Shown here one piece after another: positions 1 through 9,405 of a stretch of 59,208 bases of DNA. The first letter of the stretch is position 1; each line of letters opens with the position of its first letter. The position numbers and the translations under genes are program-made. The stretch spans positions 1,167 through 60,374 of the forward strand of contig CAYQDC010000003.1 of the NCBI GenBank assembly GCA_964416205.1. The letters are read 5' to 3'. The notes under the pieces were generated by a model. The model had not been told where the DNA came from. It searched no databases and saw only the letters and a list, made by a program, of their open reading frames with translations. Origin of the DNA: an uncultured Acetobacter sp. GTDB lineage: Bacteria > Pseudomonadota > Alphaproteobacteria > RF32 > CAG-239.

Positions 1-54
1 TATCCTTTTGGTATTAGATATCCTTTTGGTATTAGATATCCTTTTGGTATTAGA
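1..54. repeat. Perfect 18-bp tandem repeat, 3 copies (TATCCTTTTGGTATTAGA), cut by the window edge
   Basis: Read directly: 1-18, 19-36 and 37-54 are identical. Copy number to the left is unknown. Confidence 0.9.
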
Positions 55-415
55 TCATAAAAATATTAATTTATCACTAATTTTTTTTATGATATTAAAT
101 ATAATTTTAACTATTGTCTTTATGTTTGGATATCGTAAATGGTTATCATGTCATGGAATTAGTGATCACCGTCTTTATAGGTGCATTCCACGGGCGATTA
201 ATCGATGTATGGTACAGGCGCACGTGCTGGTGCAGTTTATGTTCTGTATTGCTGAATTTTCGGCAAGTATAATAGCCTTTGGGTGTAGTGGATATGCTTT
301 TTCTGTTGAAAGGTTAACATTGTTGACTTGATTTCTTTTATTTTTTCATAAATTTTTTCTTCTGAAAATCCTTTTGCTAAAGATAATACGGAGAAAGATG
401 AGGATAGTTACTAGT

Positions 416-1087
416 TCAGTTGACTTTGTGAATGTAAATCGGTTGAACTGATTTGCCTATGTTAATGGAATATTTGTGAATCCCTGAAAGTGAAAAGCAA
501 CTGGACGCGTTTAAGATCCGGCAAATCAGGTTTGGCGTCCGGCTGTAGATGAGGTAAGAGTTTTTATAAGCTTTTATCCGGGTGAAAGGGACTTTTTTGA
601 CGGTGTCAAGAGCTGTCGACAGGTCATACCAGCAGGGATATCCATGGATATCCTGGTTATGGCGGATAACGGTGTCGTTTTTGCCCTCCCGTTCGATTTC
701 CTTCCAGGTTTTGCCTAGCAGAAACAGTAGGTTTTCGTTGGTTTCGGCCGGAGTGTCGCTGGCATGGATAAAATTGCCACCAGTTAGTTGACGATACTCT
801 ATTTTTCTTTTTATGATATTGATGTTAACACCGTTGACATATTGTGGCAAAGCGTCATATACGATGTAGAGCTTAAACGCGCCAGTGCCTACTTCCCGCT
901 CTTTGCGACAACTTTTTGGAAGTTTCTTACCGTAAAAACGCGACAAATTGTTGGCAAAATACGCCGGTGTCCAGCAAATTTCGTAAACCCGAAAAATTTC
1001 AAAATTATTTTTTATATCCGTAACAATTTGTTTTTCCATAAAACTGGCATTTTGCCAAATGATAAATAGATATGGTTCTTTTTGCAT
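416..1087 (-). CDS. Hypothetical protein; N-terminal half has nucleoside-diphosphate-kinase-like motifs
   Basis: 223-aa ORF with no competing long frame. EPYLFIIWQNA ... SRFYGKK ... NFIHASDTPAETNENLLFLLG resembles NDK ERTFxIIKPD ... HY ... NxxHGSDSxExAxxEIxxWF. The C-terminal ~95 aa are unassigned. Confidence 0.6.
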   Translation of the reverse strand: MQKEPYLFIIWQNASFMEKQIVTDIKNNFEIFRVYEICWTPAYFANNLSRFYGKKLPKSCRKEREVGTGAFKLYIVYDALPQYVNGVNINIIKRKIEYRQLTGGNFIHASDTPAETNENLLFLLGKTWKEIEREGKNDTVIRHNQDIHGYPCWYDLSTALDTVKKVPFTRIKAYKNSYLIYSRTPNLICRILNASSCFSLSGIHKYSINIGKSVQPIYIHKVN

Positions 1088-1281
1088 AGTTAGTTCATCC
1101 CAGAATATGTTCCTTGTTTAATATAAAATTGTTTACATCTGGATGCAACATAAATTGTTAACAGTGTGTAAAATCTAATTGGAGCTTGTATTGTTTGGCT
1201 ATGATGAAGCTACACCGTGATTTAACTTTTGGATAAGTGAAATTTAAAATAAATAATGTATATTTTCACAGGAACAAATAT

Positions 1282-4200
1282 TTATTTTTCTTTTGTATCT
1301 TTTCCTTTCTGTTTTGAAATGGACATCATCAGTTTGATACGGTTAATCTGGTTGGTTTCGCTGGCACCAGGATCATAATCCACTGCAATTATGTTTGCTT
1401 TCGGAAAGCGTTTTTTTATTTCTTTAATGAATCCTTTGCCAGTAATATGGTTGGGTAAACAACCAAAAGGCTGCATACATAAAATATTGTCCACTCCCGC
1501 TTCCAGTAGTTCAACAATTTCCGCCGTCAATAGCCAGCCTTCACCGGTCTGATGCCCCAAGGACAGTAACCCGCGGATCTTTTTGCGTAAATTTTTAAAG
1601 AATACTGGTGGCTCAAACCGTTCGGATAATTTTAAGCCCAGACGCATAGACCAACGGCAACATTCCAAAACAGCAATGCTTGAAAGACTGACTGCATAAG
1701 CTTTCCACGAGCCCTGCAGATATTTATAATTATAGATATGATCGTAAAATCCGTATAGCATAAAATCCAATAAATCCGGAACGACAGCCTCTCCCCCCTC
1801 TTCTTCTATTATCCGGATAGCCTGGTTGTTTGCATCGGGATGGTATTTTAACAGAATTTCTCCAACCAGACCTACACATGGCTTTCTTTTGATATCCCGC
1901 AAGGGTAGTTTGTCAAACTCACGTATCATTCGAAACATATTCAAATTAAAAGTTATGACATCTCCATTTTGCAGATTTTTCTTAATTATTTCTACCCATT
2001 TATTCACCAACTTCTGCGTGCTGCCTTTGATTTTTTCATAGGGTGATACCCGGTTGGTCATCCGCATCAGCGCATCACCATAGCATCCGGCCATAATCGT
2101 CCGCCAGAGGATCTTACGGCCTGGGATAAAGCCCGGGTTGTCTACGTTTCCACTTACATTCATGGTAATAACCGGAATATGCTCCATATTGCACTGCATC
2201 AGAGCTCGACGCAAAAGTCCGGCATAATTTGATGCCCGGCAGCCACCGTTGGTTTGCGATATCAATAATGCTATTTTGTTTGTGTCATAATTTCCTTTTT
2301 GTATTGCTTGCAATAACTGACCGATAACAACAATCGCCGGAAAGCAAGCATCATTATTTACATACTTCAAACCAAGCTCTATGGCATCTTTATCTACATT
2401 CGGCAGTTGAGCAACTTTGTAGCCTTCGCTGGCGAATATTGTTTCCATAAACTGAAAATGTGTTGGTGACAACTGCGGAATTAAAATCGTATGTGTTTTT
2501 TTCATCTCAGCCGTAAATACGGTATTTTTTTTCTCTACTTTCTTTTCTGACTTTTCTTTTTCCTGTTGCCAGTCTTTTAATGCGGCCAGTAGCGAACGAA
2601 TCCGGATTTTTGCCGGTCCGAGATTATCACCCTCGTCAATTTTTATCTGGGCATAAAGCCGATCTTTTGATGTAACGATTTCTTCTAACTGATCTGATGT
2701 GATGGCATCTACTCCACAACCGAAAGACACTAGTTGCAAAATGGCGAGGTTATTATTATCGGCAGCAAAAGTGCCGGCACGATATAAGCGGGAATGGTAT
2801 GTCCATTGGTCGCGTACCCGCAAAGCATCTGGATTTGGGCGCAGATGGGCAACCGAATCTTCGGTTAAAACAGATAAGCCGCAGGCATTTATCAGCTCGG
2901 GAATGCCATGATTGACTGCTGGGTCTATATGATATGGGTGCCCGGCCAGAACAATACCGTATTCGCCATTCTGCTTTAATTTTTCTACCGCTTCAATACC
3001 GGCTTTTCTTATATCTTTTTTAAATCTCCGTAATTCCACAAAAGCACGCTTGACAGCCATACGTAGCTGCAAAGATGAAAATCCGGCAAACAAAGGGATT
3101 GATTTCAACCGTTTGGCCAAGATTTTTTCATCCAGAGGAAGAAATGGCGTATAAACAGGAATATCGCCGGTTGCCAGTTCGGAAATATTTTTGGACAACA
3201 ATTCTGGATAGCCGGTTACAACCGGACAGTTATAACTGTCTGCCTGAGAAGGAAAATCCTTTTGTTCCCTAGGGATGCATGGGAAGAAAATGCAGTCTAC
3301 GTTTTTGTGCAGCAAATCCATAATATGTCCGTGCGCCATTTTGGCCGGATAACATACCGTTTGCGACGGAATAGATGCATATCCACTGAAAAACAGTTTT
3401 TTAGATGACGACGCCGACAGCTCAACCCTAAATCCAAGGTGTGTAAAGAGTGTAAACCACAGTGGATAATTCTCATACATATTCAGCGCCCGTGGAATGC
3501 CGACTGTACCGTGGACAGCCTTTTCTTTCGTAAGGGGTTTGTAATAGTCAAACAGGCGGGCATATTTATACGCACACAGGTTTATTTTATTGTTTTTAAC
3601 CCGGCCAGCACCCCTTTCACATTTATTGCCGGAAATAAACTTCTTTTTATTGCCAAAATCAGTAATTGTCAGCATACAATGATTAGTGCAGCCCTGACAT
3701 CTTGCGTTTGTGGTTTTAATATCCAGTTTCTTTATTTCGTCTGATGTTATAAGCGCTGTTTTAATGTCATTTTCCGGCCCGCGTTTTTTGGCAATCAGAG
3801 CCGCTCCAAATGCGCCCATCAAGCCGGCTAACCCCGGACGTATAACTGTCTTTCCGACCTGAATTTCCAAAGCACGGAGTAAGGCATCATTCAAAAATGA
3901 ACCGCCTTGCGCGACAATGCAATTTCCCAATTCAGATACATCTGTGATTTTAATAACTTTATAGCATGCATTTTTTATGACCGAATAAGACAGGCCCGCT
4001 GCAATATCGCCAACAGAAACACCATCTTTTTGTGCCTGCTTAACCTTAGAATTCATAAACACCGTACAACGCGTGCCCAAATCTACTGGGTGTCTGGCAG
4101 CCAATGCCGCATTAACAAACTCCTGCATAGTCATATTTAAGGATTTGGCGAAATTTTCAATAAAAGACCCACAGCCGGAAGAGCAGGCCTCGTTAAGCCC

Positions 4201-5529
4201 TATTTTTTCAATTATGCCGTTTTTTGTTTTCATGCACTTGATATCCTGTCCGCCGATATCCAAGACAAAACTGACGTCGGGGGCAAAAAATGCCGCCGCC
4301 TGACAGTGTGCTACCGTTTCTACCTCATCAATATCAAGACGCAACCCTGCTTTAAGCAAAGCGCTACCATAACCGGTTGCCGCGGCGGCTTTAATTTTCA
4401 GCCCTGGCTTGGCACGGGAATATATCTCCTGTAATATATTTAAGGCCTGATGAAAAGGATCCCCTTTGTTGGAGCCGTAGTAAGAATAGAGCAGATGGCC
4501 TTCTTCATCTATCAATACGGCTTTTATCGTGGTGGAGCCACTGTCTATACCGAACCATGCCTCTCCTTCATATTCTTCCAATGAAATCGTCTTAACCATG
4601 GTACGAGCGTGCCGTTTGTCAAATTCTTCCTTTTCCTTTTTATCTTTGAACAACGGCGGCAGTTTTTGAATATTGTTTTCTTCCTCCAGCTTACTCAATT
4701 CCTCAACAAAAATTCTTAGTTTTACCGGCTCCTCTGCCCCGCCCAGTGCATGTAGCGCTGCTCCCAACGCTACAAAAAGCTCAGCACGTTCTGGTAAAAC
4801 GGCATGTTCTGCATCCAGTTTTAAGGTTTCGGTAAAACATTGGCGCAAAGATTTGATAAAAGCCAACGGACCTCCTAGAAATACAATTTTTCCGATAATA
4901 TCTCTTCCACGTGCCAAACCGCCGATAAACTGGTTGACAACAGCCTGCATAACTGACATGGCAATGTCACTTTTGGTGCAACCTTCGTTAATCAGCGGAA
5001 CAATATCTGTTTTGGCAAAAACGCCACACCGTGATGCTATCGGATAAATGTTTTTATATTGTAGCGCCAGTCTATCCATTTCGTCGACATCCAGATTTAA
5101 AAAAGATGCCATCTGGTCTATAAAGGCTCCCGTCCCGCCAGCACAAGTTTCATTCATCCGCAAATCCGTACCGCTGGTCAGAAAGGTCAACTTAGCATCC
5201 TCCCCGCCCAGTTCTATAATAACGTCGGCGTCAGGGATTTGTTTTTTTATGCTCAGGCTGGAGGCTATCACTTCCTGTACAAACGTTACCCTTAATTTCG
5301 TGCATAACGATAAAGCTCCAGAACCGGTCAAACTTATTCTGAAACTGATATCAGGGAATTTTTCCATAATTTCTTTAAGTATGGAAATAATTTTTCTGCG
5401 AACTTCCGACATATGTCTTTGATAAGTCGAAAATAAAATATTTTCTTTATCATCTATTACAACAGCCTTTACCGTTGTTGATCCCACATCTATTCCGAGA
5501 TATAATAATCTTCTAGTCTCCGTTGCCAT
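1282..5529 (-). CDS. Fusion protein: two BcrA/BadF/HgdC-type activase ATPase modules plus 2-hydroxyacyl-CoA-dehydratase-like/DUF2229-type C-terminal region (1415 aa)
   Basis: Module 1: LGIDVGSTTVKAVVID, NETCAGGTGAF, SRCGVFAKTD. Module 2: FGIDSGSTTIKAVLID, NEACSSGCGSF, GTRCTVFMNS. A Cys-rich linker CQGCTNHC follows, then about 800 aa of dehydratase-like sequence. Single uninterrupted ORF. Confidence 0.9.
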   Translation of the reverse strand: MATETRRLLYLGIDVGSTTVKAVVIDDKENILFSTYQRHMSEVRRKIISILKEIMEKFPDISFRISLTGSGALSLCTKLRVTFVQEVIASSLSIKKQIPDADVIIELGGEDAKLTFLTSGTDLRMNETCAGGTGAFIDQMASFLNLDVDEMDRLALQYKNIYPIASRCGVFAKTDIVPLINEGCTKSDIAMSVMQAVVNQFIGGLARGRDIIGKIVFLGGPLAFIKSLRQCFTETLKLDAEHAVLPERAELFVALGAALHALGGAEEPVKLRIFVEELSKLEEENNIQKLPPLFKDKKEKEEFDKRHARTMVKTISLEEYEGEAWFGIDSGSTTIKAVLIDEEGHLLYSYYGSNKGDPFHQALNILQEIYSRAKPGLKIKAAAATGYGSALLKAGLRLDIDEVETVAHCQAAAFFAPDVSFVLDIGGQDIKCMKTKNGIIEKIGLNEACSSGCGSFIENFAKSLNMTMQEFVNAALAARHPVDLGTRCTVFMNSKVKQAQKDGVSVGDIAAGLSYSVIKNACYKVIKITDVSELGNCIVAQGGSFLNDALLRALEIQVGKTVIRPGLAGLMGAFGAALIAKKRGPENDIKTALITSDEIKKLDIKTTNARCQGCTNHCMLTITDFGNKKKFISGNKCERGAGRVKNNKINLCAYKYARLFDYYKPLTKEKAVHGTVGIPRALNMYENYPLWFTLFTHLGFRVELSASSSKKLFFSGYASIPSQTVCYPAKMAHGHIMDLLHKNVDCIFFPCIPREQKDFPSQADSYNCPVVTGYPELLSKNISELATGDIPVYTPFLPLDEKILAKRLKSIPLFAGFSSLQLRMAVKRAFVELRRFKKDIRKAGIEAVEKLKQNGEYGIVLAGHPYHIDPAVNHGIPELINACGLSVLTEDSVAHLRPNPDALRVRDQWTYHSRLYRAGTFAADNNNLAILQLVSFGCGVDAITSDQLEEIVTSKDRLYAQIKIDEGDNLGPAKIRIRSLLAALKDWQQEKEKSEKKVEKKNTVFTAEMKKTHTILIPQLSPTHFQFMETIFASEGYKVAQLPNVDKDAIELGLKYVNNDACFPAIVVIGQLLQAIQKGNYDTNKIALLISQTNGGCRASNYAGLLRRALMQCNMEHIPVITMNVSGNVDNPGFIPGRKILWRTIMAGCYGDALMRMTNRVSPYEKIKGSTQKLVNKWVEIIKKNLQNGDVITFNLNMFRMIREFDKLPLRDIKRKPCVGLVGEILLKYHPDANNQAIRIIEEEGGEAVVPDLLDFMLYGFYDHIYNYKYLQGSWKAYAVSLSSIAVLECCRWSMRLGLKLSERFEPPVFFKNLRKKIRGLLSLGHQTGEGWLLTAEIVELLEAGVDNILCMQPFGCLPNHITGKGFIKEIKKRFPKANIIAVDYDPGASETNQINRIKLMMSISKQKGKDTKEK

Positions 5530-5891
5530 TTTTATACCCTGTTAATACCTTATTATGGTCAGGGTATTAACCGGTGCGTTAAAAAGTCAAGATAAATTTT
5601 CCCAAAAACAAAAAATGTTTAAAAACCGGTTTGTTAATTTTTTAATGCTACCAATAGAACGGCTAGGCCTTTCTGTGCCTGATAATGTGACGACTGTCCG
5701 GCATATCTGTGTTGCACCGTAATAATATAAATTCTCAATATTTTGGCCGTGGCAATAATTGAAATTTTATCCCCAAAATACAGCAATATTCTCTGCTCTG
5801 TTTGATTTTGCGATGGTAACTCATTTTGCCGAGATTACGCAAAAATCGGCGGCATTCATCCCCCAAGGCGTTGAAAAATAGTCTTTGCAGA

Positions 5892-6520
5892 TTATGTTTT
5901 TAAAATTTTTTTTTTGACATTATCGTAATTGCCAACCGAAAAAATATAATAGTGGCGCTGGCAATTATAACATTCAGCTAGGCAGACATTCGGCGATAGC
6001 TGTTTTTGGGAAAATTCGCCGTCTTTTATTTGTTCGTTATGGCGGATATACAGCAAATCCATTTGCACAGGCCGAAATTTTTCGTTTACTCGGTGAATAA
6101 ATGGCACCAGCTCTTCTCCCTATTTTATACCCGATGAGCTTTCAGCCTGTTCCATATATACCAGCAATACTTTTTCTGCGGCCTGAATATTTTTGTATAA
6201 GGTATATACGGCGATTGTATTTTTCTTTTACAGGCGGGAAACTTTCTGCTATATTTTTATATAGCGGAAAATCATGGTTAAACACCATAAGAGTACGTTT
6301 GTTATAATTAATATCACATGGTTCTGGACAATTTCTCCGGCCATAAAACTGCAAATCATCTTTTTCAAAAAAATCCTTAAATCCACCCAACAAAAAATTT
6401 ATTCGCTCGGCAAATGTTCCGCCGGCAATCCAGTCAAACGGTGCAGAATAATGCCTTAAATGCATTTTTCGCAGGTAATTGACACAAAAACACACTTCGT
6501 CCAATGAAAAAAACTGTCAT
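5892..6520 (-). pseudogene. Frameshifted DUF1796-like (putative papain-like peptidase family, PFDW motif) gene remnant
   Basis: The 120-aa ORF (6142..6504) contains SLDEVCFCVNYLRK...APFDWI. A 71-aa ORF in another frame (5892..6107) continues directly downstream (LLYIRHNE...). Together they reach the ~200 aa expected for one gene. The only ATG (6520) is out of frame across an A7/T7 run (6507-6513). Confidence 0.45.
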
Positions 6521-6565
6521 ATTTCTTTTTATCCAATTTCCATACCCCTTTTTTATTTTGCTTTT

Positions 6566-7471
6566 TCATGTTGATTTTTCCATACCTAGCTGTTTTTGCA
6601 AATATTCGGCAAATATCCTGGCGGCCGGTGAAAATATTTGATTTTTCTTCCAGACGATATCCAACTCAGACTTTAGTTCTGGCACCAGCGGGCGAAAACA
6701 AACACTGCCGTTATCCATTGTATTTATCAATTTATCTAAAGTTAAAGCACAGCCTATGCCCTGCTCCACCAGAAGAGCTGCATTAAAAAGCAAGTTATAT
6801 GTTGCAATAATGTTTAAGTTTTCCATATCCCTGCCAAACCAGCGAATAAATTCATTGTGCCTGCTGCCTCCCTGCAACAACTGGCGAGAACAAATCAAAG
6901 GCAGACCGCGCAAATCCTTTTTGGAAATATCTTTCTGGGAGGCCAGCGGATTATCCTTGCGCATTATCACCCCCCAACGATCTTTTGATAGCAAATGAAT
7001 AAAATCGTATTTAGATAAGTCTGTCGGCTGTATCAAAATGCCATAATCCAACAATCCTTTGTCCAAACGCTCTGTAACATCTTCCGCATTGCCGCTGAAC
7101 AGATGGAATTTTATATACGGATAATCCAAACATACGGCTTTAATTACTTCAGCAATTATTCTCATACCCTGCGTTTCGCCACCACCAATATAAACCTCTC
7201 CGGAAACCGGATATTGTCCGGCACCGATCTCTTCTTTTGCTTTGCTTACCATTTCCACAATTTCTTCCGCACGTTTACGCAGTACCATCCCGTCAGCAGT
7301 TAAACGGACATTGTGACTGCCACGGATTAACAAACAGCGCCCGAGTTCTTTTTCCAGTTCCTGTATTTGGCGCGACAAAGTTGGCTGGGTTATATGTAAA
7401 GCATTGGCTGCTGCCGTGATACTTCCTTCCCTGGCTACCGATAAAAAATAACGCAGTACGCGTAACTCCAT
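6566..7471 (-). CDS. LysR-family transcriptional regulator
   Basis: N-terminal HTH MELRVLRYFLSVAREGSITAAANALHITQPTLSRQIQELEKELG, a ~300 aa length, and divergent orientation to its neighbour. Confidence 0.95.
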   Translation of the reverse strand: MELRVLRYFLSVAREGSITAAANALHITQPTLSRQIQELEKELGRCLLIRGSHNVRLTADGMVLRKRAEEIVEMVSKAKEEIGAGQYPVSGEVYIGGGETQGMRIIAEVIKAVCLDYPYIKFHLFSGNAEDVTERLDKGLLDYGILIQPTDLSKYDFIHLLSKDRWGVIMRKDNPLASQKDISKKDLRGLPLICSRQLLQGGSRHNEFIRWFGRDMENLNIIATYNLLFNAALLVEQGIGCALTLDKLINTMDNGSVCFRPLVPELKSELDIVWKKNQIFSPAARIFAEYLQKQLGMEKST

Positions 7472-7514
7472 TTTCTTCTCCTTTGTACTGGAATTTGTAT
7501 TTTAGCTAGTTATA

Positions 7515-7533
7515 ATATGCCTGTCAAGCATAT
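7515..7533. promoter_or_regulatory. Candidate LysR box (ATATGC-N7-GCATAT, contains T-N11-A) in the divergent intergenic region
   Basis: Perfect 6-bp inverted repeat read directly. It lies between the lysR-type gene and the hydrolase gene. Confidence 0.5.
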
Positions 7534-7613
7534 CTGACTATAAATTATTAGTATTTGCTATTCTTAAAATTTTTGTTATCTTAATATTCGTTAATAGCAA
7601 TAGGGAGAATTTT

Positions 7614-8726
7614 ATGAGAAAAAGTTTTTATCTGCCAACCGTTAGTGCAAAGTTTGCTTTTGCCATTTTAGCCGGTGTTTTGTTTTCAACTGCCAGTATT
7701 CTGCCTGCCGGCGCGCAAACCGGTGCAGTTTCTGACGCTAATTTTATTGGAGGAAATTCTATGACAACTACTGATATAAATTGGGATAAAGTTTTCCAGA
7801 AAAGCGATAAAGTTACCGTACAAAAGGTTCATTTTAAAAACCGTTACGGTCTTACGCTGACTGGAGATTTATATCTACCAAACGATAAAAACAAAGATCA
7901 GCTGCCAGCCATTGCCGTAAGCGGACCGTTCGGCGCCGTGAAAGAACAATCCTCTGGTTACTATGCGCAAACTATGGCTGAACGAGGCTTTGTTGCTCTG
8001 GCTTTTGACCCATCATATACTGGTGAAAGTAGCGGTGAACCGCGCAATGTGGCTTCCCCTGATATCAATACCGAAGATTTCAGCGCTGCTGTTGATTTTT
8101 TAAGCAATTATCCGGATGTTGATCCTGAGCGAATCGGCATTATCGGTATCTGTGGTTTCGGTGGTTTTGGCTTAAACGCTGCGGCCATGGATACACGCAT
8201 TAAAGCCACTGTTACTTCCACCATGTATGATATGACCCGCGTTACCGCCAACGGCTATTTTGATGCCATTGGCGAAAATGAACGGTATGAACTGCGCAAA
8301 AACCTTAATGCACAACGCACCGCCGACTTCCAAAACAACGACTATGCCAAAGCGCCGGGGCTACCAGAAAAGCTCACAGGCGATGAACCGCAGTTTGTAA
8401 AAGATTATTGGGACTATTACAAAACATCGCGCGGTTTCCATGAACGTTCCATCAACTCCAACGGTAATTGGACGGTTACATCATCTCTGTCGCTAATGAA
8501 TATGCCGATTTTAGCATACAGCAATGAAATCCAAAACGCGATCTTGATGATACACGGCGAAAAAGCGCACAGCCGCTATTTCAGCGAAGATGCCTTTAAA
8601 AAATTAAAGGGTGATAACAAAGAGTTACTGATTATTCCAGACGCCAACCATGTTGACCTTTATGACCAGCCGAATAAAATCCCGTTTGACAGGATTGAGC
8701 AGTTCTTTAATACTTATTTGAAATAG
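7614..8726 (+). CDS. Secreted alpha/beta-fold hydrolase (dienelactone-hydrolase-like), Cys at the nucleophile elbow
   Basis: Signal-peptide-like N-terminus (..ILPAGAQT). IGIIGICGFGGFG elbow motif. C-terminal HGEKAHS and ANHVDLYD as candidate catalytic His regions. Confidence 0.75.
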   Translation: MRKSFYLPTVSAKFAFAILAGVLFSTASILPAGAQTGAVSDANFIGGNSMTTTDINWDKVFQKSDKVTVQKVHFKNRYGLTLTGDLYLPNDKNKDQLPAIAVSGPFGAVKEQSSGYYAQTMAERGFVALAFDPSYTGESSGEPRNVASPDINTEDFSAAVDFLSNYPDVDPERIGIIGICGFGGFGLNAAAMDTRIKATVTSTMYDMTRVTANGYFDAIGENERYELRKNLNAQRTADFQNNDYAKAPGLPEKLTGDEPQFVKDYWDYYKTSRGFHERSINSNGNWTVTSSLSLMNMPILAYSNEIQNAILMIHGEKAHSRYFSEDAFKKLKGDNKELLIIPDANHVDLYDQPNKIPFDRIEQFFNTYLK

Positions 8727-9023
8727 ATAACGTAAAAGAGCCGGTATCTTATTTCAGATGCCGACGTTGTTTATTGTTTTTATTAATATGAGTGAACTAA
8801 TAGTTTGAAGCTCGGGTTTTAAAATCTGAAAAGGTAATAAAATTAATTATTTTGGTTGAATTTTGAATAATATATCTTTTAAAATTTGTCATCTCTATGT
8901 TTTTATTATAAAAATAAAAAAAATTACCAAAATGAAAAAAATTATTTTACCTTAAGCGTTTCTTAAGATTACAATGCAGAATAAAATGTGTTCTGATAAA
9001 CTACTTTATTTAGGAGAGAAACG

Positions 9024-9386
9024 ATGAGTAAATTTTTTGCTGTTTCTGCTTTAGTTTTAACCTTTGCTGTTGCTTCACAAGCGCAAGCTCAAAATTACGG
9101 TGGTGGCTTTCAAGGGCCGACCATTTCATCCTCAACCGTCGCCGAAGCCCTCAAATTAAAAGATGATACACCGGTTGTGCTTATCGGTAAAATTGAGAAA
9201 AACCTCGGTAATGAAAAATATCAATTTAGCGACGGCACCGGCTCTATCGTGGTTGAAATTGATGACGAAGACTGGAGAGGTCTGACGGTTAAGCCGGAAG
9301 ATACCGTTGAAATCAGCGGAGAAATTGATAAGGAATTTATGGGTACACCGAAAGTTGATGTTGACCGTATTCAACTGAAAAAATAA
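9024..9386 (+). CDS. ygiW: YgiW/YdeI-family periplasmic OB-fold (BOF) stress protein
   Basis: Signal peptide, then [72 protein letters not shown], collinear with E. coli YgiW. Confidence 0.9.
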   Translation: MSKFFAVSALVLTFAVASQAQAQNYGGGFQGPTISSSTVAEALKLKDDTPVVLIGKIEKNLGNEKYQFSDGTGSIVVEIDDEDWRGLTVKPEDTVEISGEIDKEFMGTPKVDVDRIQLKK

Positions 9387-9405
9387 ATTTCGTGGACTAA
9401 GGCCA

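Noticed and set aside
8-331. 107-aa plus-strand ORF at the window start
   Set aside because: Its N-terminus is just the translated 18-bp tandem repeat (VLDILL x3). It has no RBS or family resemblance and is most likely an artefact.
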